A stretch of 54,027 bases of DNA, taken from positions 1 through 54,027 of the forward strand of contig CAYLTE010000004.1 in NCBI GenBank assembly GCA_964386195.1, written 5' to 3'. Positions 1-8,499 of this stretch are shown here, in pieces. Made by a program: the position numbers and the translations under genes. Position 1 is the first letter of the stretch; each line of letters begins with the position of its first letter. Origin of the DNA: an uncultured Burkholderiales bacterium (GTDB taxonomy: Bacteria > Pseudomonadota > Gammaproteobacteria > Burkholderiales > SHXO01). The notes under the pieces were generated by a model. It saw only the letters and a program-made list of their open reading frames with translations. It was not told the DNA's origin and did no database searches.

Positions 1-777
1 GCCCACGGTGCGGAAACGCACGCTGGCGCGTTCCACGCGCTCGCCCTCGCGGGACGGGGTGAGATGGGTCACGGGTACGAGCGCCGTGCCGCGGCGCACG
101 ACCTCGCGCTCGTGCGCGAAGTAGATCGACGGCAACTCGATGCGCTCCCGGCGGATGTACTGCCAAACGTCGAGCTCGGTCCAGTTCGAGATCGGGAAGA
201 CGCGGATGTTCTCGCCGGTGCGCACGCGGCCGTTGTACAGCGACCACAACTCGGGGCGCTGATTCTTCGGATCCCACTGGCCGAACTCGTCGCGAAACGA
301 GAACACGCGCTCCTTCGCGCGCGCCTTCTCCTCGTCGCGCCGCGCCCCGCCGATGCACGCGTCGAAGCCGAACTCGGCGATCGCATCGAGCAGCGTCACC
401 GACTGGTGCGGGTTGCGCGGCTCATCGGGGTTGCGCAGCCGGACCCGGCCGGTGCGGATCGATTCGCCCACCGAGCGCACCACCAGCCGCAGGCCGCGTT
501 CGCGCACGATCCGGTCGCGGAATTCGATCACCTCCGCAAAGTTGTGCTCGGTGTCGACGTGCAGCAGCGTGAACGGCACGCGCTCGGGGAAGAAGGCGCG
601 CTCGGCCAGACGCAGCACCACCGCGGAGTCCTTGCCGCCCGAGAACAGCAGCGCCACGTTGCGGCACTCGGCCGCGATCTCGCGCAGGATGAAGATGGAT
701 TCCGCTTCGAGGGCGTCGAGGTGGGACCATGTGCCTCGATTGCGAACGGCGGGCGGAGGTTCGATGACTGTCAGCAT
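1..777 (-). CDS. cysD: sulfate adenylyltransferase subunit 2 (CysD); C-terminal part cut by the window edge
   Basis: Absent from the ORF track because it runs off the left edge. My translation of the minus strand from ATG (complement of 775-777) gives MLTVIEPPPAVRNRGTWSHLDALEAESIFILREIAAECRNVALLFSGGKDSAVVLRLAERAFFPERVPFTLLHVDT... It continues ...GGARRDEEKARAKERVFSFRD...WDPKNQRPELW...FPISNWTELDVWQYI and stays in frame to position 1. The SGGKDS PP-loop and overall pattern match CysD. It lies 25 nt downstream of cysH. Confidence 0.85.
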   Translation of the reverse strand, partial: MLTVIEPPPAVRNRGTWSHLDALEAESIFILREIAAECRNVALLFSGGKDSAVVLRLAERAFFPERVPFTLLHVDTEHNFAEVIEFRDRIVRERGLRLVVRSVGESIRTGRVRLRNPDEPRNPHQSVTLLDAIAEFGFDACIGGARRDEEKARAKERVFSFRDEFGQWDPKNQRPELWSLYNGRVRTGENIRVFPISNWTELDVWQYIRRERIELPSIYFAHEREVVRRGTALVPVTHLTPSREGERVERASVRFRTVG

Positions 778-802
778 GTCGGTCTCGCTTGGATTCTTCG
801 GA

Positions 803-1525
803 TCAGCTTGCGGATGCCGTTGCGCTCGCGCGTACCAGGCGCCCGTCGGCACCCACGTGTAGCCCGCACTCGCGCGCGCCTTCCTGCTCCCACCACCAGC
901 GTCCGGCGCGCGGATCCTCGCCCGGTTGCACGGCGCGGGTGCACGGCGCGCAGCCGATGCTCGGAAAGTCCTGCGCGTGCAAGGCGTTCACCGGCACGTC
1001 GTGGCGCTCGACGTAGGCCTGGACGTCGGCCTCGCTCCAGTCGACCAGGGGACTGAGCTTCATCAGTCCGTTCGCCTCGTCGTAGGCGAGCACGTCGGCC
1101 TGCGCACGCGCCGCGGACTGGCCCCGGCGCAAGCCCGTGATCCACAGCGACTTGCCGGCCAGCGCGCGGCGCAGGGGGCCGAGCTTGCGGATCTCGCAGC
1201 AGCGCTTACGCAGCTCGACGCTGTCATAGAAGGCGTTGCTGCCGTGCGCCGCGAGGTAGGCCTCCAGTTCGGCGGCATCGGGAACCAGTGCCCGGATCGG
1301 ACGCCGGTAGCGCGCCCGCGCCCGTGTCATCAGTGCGTGCGTCTCCTCGTGCAACCGCCCGGTGTCGAGGGTGAAGACGTCCACCTCGATCGCAAGCCGA
1401 TCGATCAGGTCGAGGATCACCATGTCCTCCAGCCCGAAGCTGGACGCGAAGGCGACCGCAGGATGCCGGTCGACGGCATCCACCAGCCGTGCGCTGGCCT
1501 GTGCGATGCGCGCGTCGAGGCTCAT
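803..1525 (-). CDS. cysH: assimilatory adenylyl-sulfate/phosphoadenylyl-sulfate reductase (thioredoxin-dependent); Fe-S motifs suggest APS specificity
   Basis: ORF 803..1918 trimmed to the ATG at 1523-1525 (MSLDARIAQ...), which forms an ATGA overlap with the DUF934 stop. PAPS-reductase fold. It has a CC pair (KRCCEIRK), CxxC (SIGCAPCT) and C-terminal ECGLH. The CC...CxxC cluster is the hallmark of bacterial APS reductases. Confidence 0.9.
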   Translation of the reverse strand: MSLDARIAQASARLVDAVDRHPAVAFASSFGLEDMVILDLIDRLAIEVDVFTLDTGRLHEETHALMTRARARYRRPIRALVPDAAELEAYLAAHGSNAFYDSVELRKRCCEIRKLGPLRRALAGKSLWITGLRRGQSAARAQADVLAYDEANGLMKLSPLVDWSEADVQAYVERHDVPVNALHAQDFPSIGCAPCTRAVQPGEDPRAGRWWWEQEGARECGLHVGADGRLVRASATASAS

Positions 1526-2040
1526 CGTCCGGACGCTCCGGAGGCGAAGCGGCGCGCGAACAGCGGTCCGCGGTCCACGGCGGCCTGGTAGTCCTCGCTG
1601 AAATCGGCGAACGCGGCCAGCGCCTTCTGCGCATCCTGATCGTCGCGCAGCGCAAAGGCGTCGAAGCCGACTCGCGTCAACTCGTAGAGCTGGTCGCGCA
1701 GCACGTCGCCGATCGCGCGCAACTCGCCCCGGAAGCCGTAGCGTTCGCGCAGCAGCCGTGCCGTGGAATAGCCGCGCCCGTCGGTGAACGTCGGGAAATG
1801 GATCGCGACGAGAACGGGAAAGCCGATGGTGGCCAGCTCCGCCGCGTCGTCCGCCGGCCCGAGCCACACGCCGGTGCGTCCTGGACGTCGCGCGAGCGAG
1901 GCGGCGTCGGCCCGCCACGCGGCGAGCGGAACGACGACGTTTTCCGTATCCGAGAACGCAGCGGCCTCAGCGGGAACGAGCCCGACGATGCGCCAGGGGT
2001 CGAAGGCGACGAATCGCCGATCTCTAATCAGCGTAGGCAT
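1522..2040 (-). CDS. DUF934-family protein associated with sulfite reductase operons
   Basis: 172-aa ORF (MPTLIRDRRFVAFDPW...HFPTFTDGRGYSTARLLRERYGF.GELRAIGDVLRDQL). It sits between cysI and cysH with overlaps at both ends: 17 nt with the cysI stop and ATGA with the cysH start. Confidence 0.8.
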   Translation of the reverse strand: MPTLIRDRRFVAFDPWRIVGLVPAEAAAFSDTENVVVPLAAWRADAASLARRPGRTGVWLGPADDAAELATIGFPVLVAIHFPTFTDGRGYSTARLLRERYGFRGELRAIGDVLRDQLYELTRVGFDAFALRDDQDAQKALAAFADFSEDYQAAVDRGPLFARRFASGASGR

Positions 2041-3685
2041 AGACGTGGGCCTTGAAGGGTTCGATGCCGATGCGCCGCACGACGTCGACGAAGCGTTCCT
2101 CGTCGCCGTCGCGCCGGCGCAGGTAGACCTCGATGAGTCGTTCGATCACGCCCGGCACCTCGTCGCGCGCGAACGAAGGACCGATGACCTTGCCCAGCGC
2201 GGCCTGGCTGCCCTGCGTGCCGCCGATCGAGATCTGGTACCACTCCTCGCCGTTCTTGTCGACGCCGAGGATGCCGATGTGGCCGACGTGGTGGTGACCG
2301 CAGGAGTTCATGCAGCCCGAGATGTTCAGGTCGAGCTCGCCAATGTCGTGCAGGTAGTCCAGATCGTCGAAGCGCGCCTGGATCGCCTGCGCCACCGGGA
2401 TCGACACCGCGTTGGCGAGCGAGCAGAAATCGCCGCCGGGGCAGGAGATGATATTGGTGAGCAGACCGATGTTCGGTGTGGCCAGGCCGAGCGCCTTGAG
2501 CTCGAGCCACAGGTCGTGCAGGTCGCGCTTGGCCACGTCTGCGAACACCAGGTTCTGCTCGTGCGTGACGCGCAGTTCGCCGAAGCTGTACGCGTCGGCC
2601 AGGCGGGCGACCGCGTCCATCTGATCGGCGGTGGCATCGCCCGGCGGCACGCCGGTCTTCTTGAGCGACAGCGACACGGCGGCGTAGCCGGGCACCTTGT
2701 GGGGATGGACGTTGCGCCCGGCCCAGCGCGCAAATCCCGGTTCGGCCTTCAGGCGCGCTTCGTAGCCTGCGTCGACGTCGTGCAGCGTGAGGTAGCTCGG
2801 GCGCGTGAAGCGCGCCTCGATGCGGTCGATCTCCTCCTGCACCAGCGTGGCGGGACCGTCCTTGAGGTGCGCCCACTCCTCCTCGACCTGGCGGGCGAAC
2901 CCTGCCGGAGTGAGGTCCTTCACCAGGATCTTGATGCGGGCCTTGTACTTGTTGTCACGGCGCCCGTAGCGGTTGTAGACGCGCAGGATGGCGTCGAGAT
3001 AGGTGAGCAGGTGCTGCCAGGGGAGGAATTCGCGGATGACGTGGCCGATGATCGGGGTGCGGCCGAGTCCGCCGCCCACGATCATGCGGAAGCCCACCTC
3101 GCCGGCGTCGCTGTGCACGGCGTGGATGCCGATATCGTGCACCAGCACCGCGGCGCGATCCTCCACGGATCCGTTGATGGCGATCTTGAACTTGCGCGGC
3201 AGGAAGCCGAACTCGGGGTGCAGCGTCGACCACTGGCGCATCACCTCCGCCCAGACGAAGGGATCGACGATCTCGTCCGGCGCGACGCCGGCGAAGTGAT
3301 CGGTGGTGATGTTGCGCACGCAGTTGCCGCTGGTCTGGATGGCGTGCATCTGCACGCTGGCCAGATCGGCCAGGAGTTCCGGCACTTCCTCGAGCCTGGG
3401 CCAGTTGTACTGGATGTTCTGACGGGTGCTGAAGTGCCCGTAGCCTCGGTCGTAGCGCCGCGCGATGGTGGCGAGCTTGCGCAGTTGCGCCGACGACAGG
3501 AGCCCGTAGGGAATGGCCACGCGCAGCATCGGCGCGTGCTTCTGGATGTACAGCCCGTTGCGCAGTCGAAGCGGTCGGAAATCGTCCTCGGACAGCTCGC
3601 CGGCGAGGAAGCGGCGAGTCTGGTCGCGGAACTGCGCGACCCGCTCGTCCACGATGCGCTGATCGATGTCGTCGTAAAGGTACAT
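2024..3685 (-). CDS. cysI: sulfite reductase hemoprotein (siroheme/4Fe-4S, nitrite/sulfite reductase family)
   Basis: 553-aa ORF. N-terminus is MYLYDDIDQRIVDERVAQFRDQ...LRLRNGLYIQ. Cluster/siroheme cysteines are SCPGGDFCSLA and SGCMNSCGHHH. It is the first gene of the cysI-DUF934-cysH-cysD string. Confidence 0.9.
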   Translation of the reverse strand: MYLYDDIDQRIVDERVAQFRDQTRRFLAGELSEDDFRPLRLRNGLYIQKHAPMLRVAIPYGLLSSAQLRKLATIARRYDRGYGHFSTRQNIQYNWPRLEEVPELLADLASVQMHAIQTSGNCVRNITTDHFAGVAPDEIVDPFVWAEVMRQWSTLHPEFGFLPRKFKIAINGSVEDRAAVLVHDIGIHAVHSDAGEVGFRMIVGGGLGRTPIIGHVIREFLPWQHLLTYLDAILRVYNRYGRRDNKYKARIKILVKDLTPAGFARQVEEEWAHLKDGPATLVQEEIDRIEARFTRPSYLTLHDVDAGYEARLKAEPGFARWAGRNVHPHKVPGYAAVSLSLKKTGVPPGDATADQMDAVARLADAYSFGELRVTHEQNLVFADVAKRDLHDLWLELKALGLATPNIGLLTNIISCPGGDFCSLANAVSIPVAQAIQARFDDLDYLHDIGELDLNISGCMNSCGHHHVGHIGILGVDKNGEEWYQISIGGTQGSQAALGKVIGPSFARDEVPGVIERLIEVYLRRRDGDEERFVDVVRRIGIEPFKAHVYAYAD

Positions 3686-4016
3686 GGTGCTCCGGGAACT
3701 CCCCGGTTCTTGGTTGTATGGAAGGTGGGACTGCGCGGTTGACGGGGCGTCAACAGCGCGGCATGCGGCGCCGGCGACACATCGCCGGCACGATGGGGAG
3801 TGCGACGCCCGGGCGGGCCTGGAACTGGGAATGCATCGACGCGGCAGCGTGGAGGACGCTTGCCGGCAGGGCGGTGGACCGCGCGATGTCGATGCTGCGG
3901 TGAATCTGCATGACGAACTCGTCTATCGAGAGCCGCATGCTAGCAACGGACTATCAGAGGGAGAACGAATAAGGAGTCATATTCTTATGCGGGGGAGGAA
4001 TAAGGGCGCGCAGCGC

Positions 4017-4946
4017 CTAGCGCAGCGCCGCCCCGCGCGCCTCATCCACCACCTCCCGCGTCAAATGCGCGGCGAAGGTCTGGATGAACGCGTAGGTGAA
4101 TCCCCGCAGATACGCGCTGCGTTTGACGGCGATGCGGGTGGTATTGCTGCCGAACAGATGGCCGGCATCGATCGCGCGCAGGTGGGTGTCGCGCTTGGGA
4201 TCGAGGGCGACCGCGGCGACGATGCCCACGCCCAGCCCCAGTTCGGTATAGGTCTTGATCACGTCCGAGTCGAGCGCGGTCAGCACCACGTCCATCGTCA
4301 GGCCCTTGGCGGCGAACGCCTCGTCCAGGTGCGAGCGGCCAGTGAACTCCGGGCTGTAAGTGATCAGCGGATAGCGCGAGAGCGCCTCCAGCGTCAGCTT
4401 CTTCGCCTGCGCCAGCGGATGTTTGGGCGGCACGATCACGCAGTGCTGCCAGGTGAAGCCGGGCATGGCCACCAGTTCCGGGTAGTGGTCGAGCGCTTCG
4501 GTCGCGATGGCGATGTCCGCGCGTCCCTCGCACACCATCTCGGCGATCTGCGTCGGGCTGCCCTGCTGCAGCGACAGACGCACCTTCGGGTAATGGGTGC
4601 GGAAGGCGTGCACGACGCGTGGCAGGGTGTAGCGCGCCTGGGTGTGCGTGGTGGCGATGGTGAGTGCACCGCTGTCCTGGTCGGCGAACTCCCTGCCGAC
4701 CTGCCGCAAATTCTCCGCCTCGGCCAGCAGGCGATCGATGACCTGAACCACCACACGCCCCGGGTCGGTCAGTGCGACCAGGCGCTTGCCCCGGCGCACG
4801 AAGATCTCGACCCCGAGTTCCTCCTCCAGCTCACGGATCTGCTTGCTCACGCCCGGCTGGGACGTGAACAGCGCATTGGCCGCTTCGGTGAGATTGAGGT
4901 TCTGGCGCACGGCTTCGCGCACGTAGCGCAACTGTTGGAAGTTCAT
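4017..4946 (-). CDS. cysB: LysR-type transcriptional regulator of the CysB/Cbl family
   Basis: 309 aa, colinear with E. coli CysB along its length. Matching segments: MNFQQLRYVREAV.QNLNLTEAA..LFTSQPGVSKQIRELEEELGV.IF.R.GKRL, ATTHTQARY.LP, QGSPTQIAEMV, TEAL, DSDVIKTY..LGLGVGI. Confidence 0.85.
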   Translation of the reverse strand: MNFQQLRYVREAVRQNLNLTEAANALFTSQPGVSKQIRELEEELGVEIFVRRGKRLVALTDPGRVVVQVIDRLLAEAENLRQVGREFADQDSGALTIATTHTQARYTLPRVVHAFRTHYPKVRLSLQQGSPTQIAEMVCEGRADIAIATEALDHYPELVAMPGFTWQHCVIVPPKHPLAQAKKLTLEALSRYPLITYSPEFTGRSHLDEAFAAKGLTMDVVLTALDSDVIKTYTELGLGVGIVAAVALDPKRDTHLRAIDAGHLFGSNTTRIAVKRSAYLRGFTYAFIQTFAAHLTREVVDEARGAALR

Positions 4947-5105
4947 GCTCGATATAACGAATCCGGATGGATTCGCGAAGTGTAATGACCGACCGGAATA
5001 AGCGCCAGCGGCTGATCCGGGGGCGCCTGCCCGCGCGGCATGCCTCGTCGGGTCCGGTTCTCTTGCTAGACTGCCGCCTTACGTACCCTCTCGAACGGCA
5101 GACCG

Positions 5106-5576
5106 ATGAGCGAGAACGACACCATGCGCTGGCGCCTGCATGGCGTGCGCGTCATTCCGGGCGACAAGCTCGACACCAACACGGCGCAGACGCCCGGCAT
5201 GAATCGGGCTGCCGCCATCACCCACGCGCGCGTCGGCGCGGAGAAGCTGTGGGCGGGCACCGTCACCATCCATCCCAACGCGAAGACCGGCGCGCATCAC
5301 CACGGCCCGGTGGAGAGCGTGATCTACGTCGTGCGCGGACGCGCGCGCATGCGCTGGGGTGAGCGGCTCGAGTTCTGCGCGGAGGCCGGGCCGGGCGATT
5401 TCATCTACGTGCCGCCGTTCGTGCCGCACCAGGAGATCAACGCCGATCCCGGTCAGCCGCTCGACTGCGTGCTGGTGCGAAGCGGGCAGGATCCCGTCGT
5501 CGTGAACCTGGACATCGAACCGGTGGAGCCGCCCGAGGACGTGCCCTGGGTCGATTCCATCCATCCGGCGCCCTGA
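5106..5576 (+). CDS. cupin domain protein
   Basis: 156 aa with cupin motifs (GAHHHGPVESVIYVVRG...GDFIYVPPFVPHQE). It is divergent from cysB and 4 nt upstream of the next gene. Confidence 0.75.
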   Translation: MSENDTMRWRLHGVRVIPGDKLDTNTAQTPGMNRAAAITHARVGAEKLWAGTVTIHPNAKTGAHHHGPVESVIYVVRGRARMRWGERLEFCAEAGPGDFIYVPPFVPHQEINADPGQPLDCVLVRSGQDPVVVNLDIEPVEPPEDVPWVDSIHPAP

Positions 5577-5580
5577 TCCG

Positions 5581-6645
5581 ATGCGCGAGGACGCGCTGCG
5601 CGAGGCGGTCGAGTTCGCCGTTGCGCACGAAACGAGCTGGACGCGCGAAACCGGCGACGGGTGGGGCATCCATCATCAGGACCCCGCACCGTGGAACCGG
5701 CTGCGCGGACCGGTGCACGCGCGCGGTCCGGTGTCGGGCGTCGTCCTGCTGGACGGCGAGACCGTCACTGAGTGGGGGGAGCCGCAGCGTGCCGACCTGA
5801 CCTTCAGCATCGCCAAGACCTACCTCGCGCTGCTCGCCGGCGTCGCACACGACACTGGCCTGCTGCCCGACGAGAACGAGCGGGTCGGCGCGCGCGTGCA
5901 CGGCATCGGCTTCGACCAGGGCCGCAACGCCGAGGTGACCTGGAAGCACCTGCTGCAGCAGACCAGCGAGTGGGAAGGGACGTGCTTCGGCGTGCCTGAT
6001 CAGGTGGATCGTTACCGCGTGCTGTCCTTTCAGGACAGCGACCGTGTCGAGGCGGGAACGAAGGGCGACGCACGGCCGCTACGTCGGCCGGGCACCTACT
6101 GGGAATACAACGACGTGCGCATCAACCAGCTGTCGCTGGCGCTGCTGCACCTGTTCCGACGGCCGCTCCCCGATGTGTTCCGCGATGCGATCATGCGTCC
6201 CATTGGTGCGAGCGAGAACTGGCAGTGGCGCGGCTACGACGACGCCTGGGTGGAGATCGACGGAACGTGCGTGCAGTCGGTGCCCGGCGGCACGCACTGG
6301 GGCGGCGGCGTGTCCATCTCCGCACAGGATCAGGCGCGCATCGGCCGGATGCTGCTGCAAGGCGGTCGCGCGCAGAGCGGGCAGGTGCTGTCCGCAGACT
6401 GGATCGCACGCATGCTCACGTCCTGCGACATCGCGCCGTTCTACGGCTATCTGACCTGGCTCAACACCGGCCGGCGCGTGTTCCCGAGCGCGCCGGAATC
6501 GAGCTGGTTCGCCATCGGCGCCGGCAGTTCCTTCATGTGGGTGGAGCCGCAGAGCAGAATGGTGCTCGTCGTGCGCTGGATCGAGGCCGCTCATGCCGAT
6601 GCGTTCTTCGCGCGTGTGCTCACCGGCCTGGACGCGCTGCGCTGA
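5581..6645 (+). CDS. serine hydrolase of the beta-lactamase/transpeptidase-like family
   Basis: 354 aa. SxxK motif (TFSIAKTY) and YxN (WEYNDVR). High GC3 and tight coupling to the cupin gene. Confidence 0.7.
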   Translation: MREDALREAVEFAVAHETSWTRETGDGWGIHHQDPAPWNRLRGPVHARGPVSGVVLLDGETVTEWGEPQRADLTFSIAKTYLALLAGVAHDTGLLPDENERVGARVHGIGFDQGRNAEVTWKHLLQQTSEWEGTCFGVPDQVDRYRVLSFQDSDRVEAGTKGDARPLRRPGTYWEYNDVRINQLSLALLHLFRRPLPDVFRDAIMRPIGASENWQWRGYDDAWVEIDGTCVQSVPGGTHWGGGVSISAQDQARIGRMLLQGGRAQSGQVLSADWIARMLTSCDIAPFYGYLTWLNTGRRVFPSAPESSWFAIGAGSSFMWVEPQSRMVLVVRWIEAAHADAFFARVLTGLDALR

Positions 6646-6663
6646 ACGTTGCGCTCGCGCGGA

Positions 6664-7464
6664 TCAGCCGCGCGGGCCGACTCCCAGCAGGCAGCGCAGA
6701 CGGTCGTAGCGCTGCTTGCACCACGCGCGTGCGCCCTCCTGCACGTAATAGATGAGCATCAGCGAGCGACGTTCGCCGTCGCCGGGTTGCGTGCCCGCAA
6801 CGCTGTGCCAGCTCGACTGCGGCACGACTGGGAAGGCGTAACCGGTGTTGGGCATGAAGTCCATTACGGTGGTGCGGGCCGCATCCTCTCCGTCGCGTCC
6901 CGCGTGAAAGATCGTCCCCAGGTGTCGCTGCGACGTATCGCTGGGCAGGTAGAACTGCACGGTGATCGCCTTGCTGCCGGTGTCGGCGTGGATGCCGATG
7001 CGGTAGCCAGGTTGATCGCGCAGCAGAATCGGAATCGGAAAGAACGACAGTTCGGAGATGTCGCGCCCGAAGCGCGACTCGATCGATGCCCTGAATTTGC
7101 GCTTGAACGCGTCCTGGACGTCTGCGGACATGAGGGCGTGCGCCAGTTGCATCCACACCGGGCGCTGCGCGGCACGCACGCGCCACAGGTTCTCGGGAAA
7201 CAGGTACAGCCTCAGTCGTGTGCTGCTGCCGTCGGCACGCATGGCGTCGCGATGCCGCAGTTCGTGAAACGACTCGCGCGCGGGCATGGAGGCGAGGATG
7301 CGGTCGTATAGTTCGCCGGGGAACGGCTGCTCGAGATATGTATACGTGCACGGATTCTGCGCGAGCGCCGCCGCATCGATCGACGCGCACAGGTGCTGCG
7401 TAACGGCATCGCGCGCGACCTGAGGTTCACTGCGGTTACGCGCAGCCTCCACGAGGTGGGTCAT
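6664..7464 (-). CDS. hypothetical protein, 2OG-Fe(II)-oxygenase-like (double-stranded beta-helix)
   Basis: 266 aa with consistently GC-rich third codon positions in my hand translation. The pattern LLRDQPGYRIGIHADTGSKAITVQFYL (HxD) ... SSWHSV ... ERRSLMLIYY resembles the prolyl-hydroxylase-type facial triad plus the 2OG-binding Arg. Confidence 0.6.
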   Translation of the reverse strand: MTHLVEAARNRSEPQVARDAVTQHLCASIDAAALAQNPCTYTYLEQPFPGELYDRILASMPARESFHELRHRDAMRADGSSTRLRLYLFPENLWRVRAAQRPVWMQLAHALMSADVQDAFKRKFRASIESRFGRDISELSFFPIPILLRDQPGYRIGIHADTGSKAITVQFYLPSDTSQRHLGTIFHAGRDGEDAARTTVMDFMPNTGYAFPVVPQSSWHSVAGTQPGDGERRSLMLIYYVQEGARAWCKQRYDRLRCLLGVGPRG

Positions 7465-7547
7465 GCATCACCTTTGCTGACAAACGCTCTGTTCCCGAAC
7501 TGTGCACCATCCGGGAGGCGAACGCCAGACTGGATGCTTGCATGCAA

Positions 7548-7823
7548 TCAGACCGGCACTGCTCTCGCGATCAGCCGCGCTTCTTCGGCTTCGAGTACCC
7601 AGTGACTCTGCGATGCAGGAAATTCCCGGTCGAGCAGCGTCTCCAGTGCCGCCGAGACGCCGAAGCGTGCTTCGCCGCGTGCGCCGACCACGTAGGTGGG
7701 AAAGCAGGGAGCCGGTTCGAAACGGCACTCGATGAGCGCAGGATCGTGATAGTGGCCGCTCGAACGCGCCATGCGGGTGAGCGAGCTCTGCAGTTCGACA
7801 GGGTGAGGACGGGACATGCGCAT
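7548..7823 (-). CDS. small hypothetical protein (91 aa)
   Basis: The ATG is preceded by AAGGAG at 7-nt spacing on the minus strand (complement of 7831-7836). Moderate-to-high GC3. I recognise no family. It lies 83 nt upstream of, and co-directional with, the 2OG-oxygenase-like gene. Confidence 0.5.
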   Translation of the reverse strand: MRMSRPHPVELQSSLTRMARSSGHYHDPALIECRFEPAPCFPTYVVGARGEARFGVSAALETLLDREFPASQSHWVLEAEEARLIARAVPV

Positions 7824-7898
7824 CGGTGTTCTCCTTGTTCGGACTCACCCCCCATTGCAAGCGCGGTGCCCGGGTGGATCCGCTGAGCCGGCGTGCAC

Positions 7899-7926
7899 CG
7901 TCATCCCGGCGAAAGCCGGGATCCAG
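7899..7926. repeat. REP-like hairpin element (CGTCATCCCGGCGAAAGCCGGGATCCAG)
   Basis: 8-bp stem ATCCCGGC/GCCGGGAT with a GAAA loop, just downstream of dinB. An inverted-orientation copy lies at 41868-41895, and a related GTCATTCC/GGGATGAC element at 35935-36038. Confidence 0.6.
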
Positions 7927-7948
7927 TCCTAACTGTTCACAGATGTCG

Positions 7949-8485
7949 TCATGCCACGTCGGGAATCAGCGCAAGCAGGTCCGTCACCCCGACCTCCGCA
8001 CCGGCCTGCGTGAGCAGCGTTGTCGCCTGGCCACGGTGATGGGTGTGGTGGTTGAACAGGTTCAACACCAGGCTGCCGAAGAGCTTCCTCTGCGCAACGC
8101 CCTTCATGTTGCGATAGTCGATGGCGACGTCGAGATCGGGCAGAGCGATCTCGTCGGTCCAGGCGATGAAGATGTCGTCGAGAGCGCGCCGCGTCGCGCT
8201 CAGGCTCGGCAGGTCCTCGTGCAGCACCAGATCCAGCGCTTCGGGCCGCGGCATGCGCAGCGCAGGTTCGACCGCATGGTGCCGGGCGGGATGCGTGCCG
8301 AGGCGGTGCATCCACACGATGTCGGTGACCACCAGGTGATTGAACGTGCCGAGGATCGACTTGAAGAAGGCACCGCGATCCAGCGCGAGTTGCTCGTGCG
8401 GAAGCGTGGCTGCCGCCTCGTAGAGCTTGTCGTTCATCCAGCGGTTGTACTTGGCGAGCAAACGGATGTGTGCCAGCACGTCCAT
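7949..8485 (-). CDS. DinB-family (damage-inducible, metal-dependent) protein
   Basis: ORF 7949..9439 trimmed to the ATG at 8483-8485 (MDVLAHIRLLAKYNRWMNDKLYEAA...FNHLVVTDIVWMHR...LFNHHTHHRGQATTLL). The upstream part of the track ORF is an out-of-context read-through over the MFS gene. Confidence 0.85.
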   Translation of the reverse strand: MDVLAHIRLLAKYNRWMNDKLYEAAATLPHEQLALDRGAFFKSILGTFNHLVVTDIVWMHRLGTHPARHHAVEPALRMPRPEALDLVLHEDLPSLSATRRALDDIFIAWTDEIALPDLDVAIDYRNMKGVAQRKLFGSLVLNLFNHHTHHRGQATTLLTQAGAEVGVTDLLALIPDVA

Positions 8486-8499
8486 GTCGATCCTCCTCG

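Noticed and set aside
64-1056. Long antisense or alternative-frame ORFs throughout the track. Examples: 64..1056, 1784..3742, 15886..17985, 25999..27537, 26016..27725, 28526..30937, 31097..33367, 36082..37599, 36873..39260, 39652..42831, 42828..44822, 45889..48828.
   Set aside because: Their products are Arg/Ala/Gly/Pro-rich and low-complexity, with no motifs. Each lies opposite or out of frame to a gene with a clear family signature. Stop codons are rare in GC-rich DNA, so ORFs of this length are expected by chance.
7538-7547. 10-bp palindrome TTGCATGCAA overlapping the stop of the 91-aa gene, reminiscent of the TTGCAT half-site at the hxlR promoter.
   Set aside because: About 50 perfect 10-bp palindromes are expected by chance in 54 kb (54027/4^5). 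The similarity of a 6-mer half-site is not significant.
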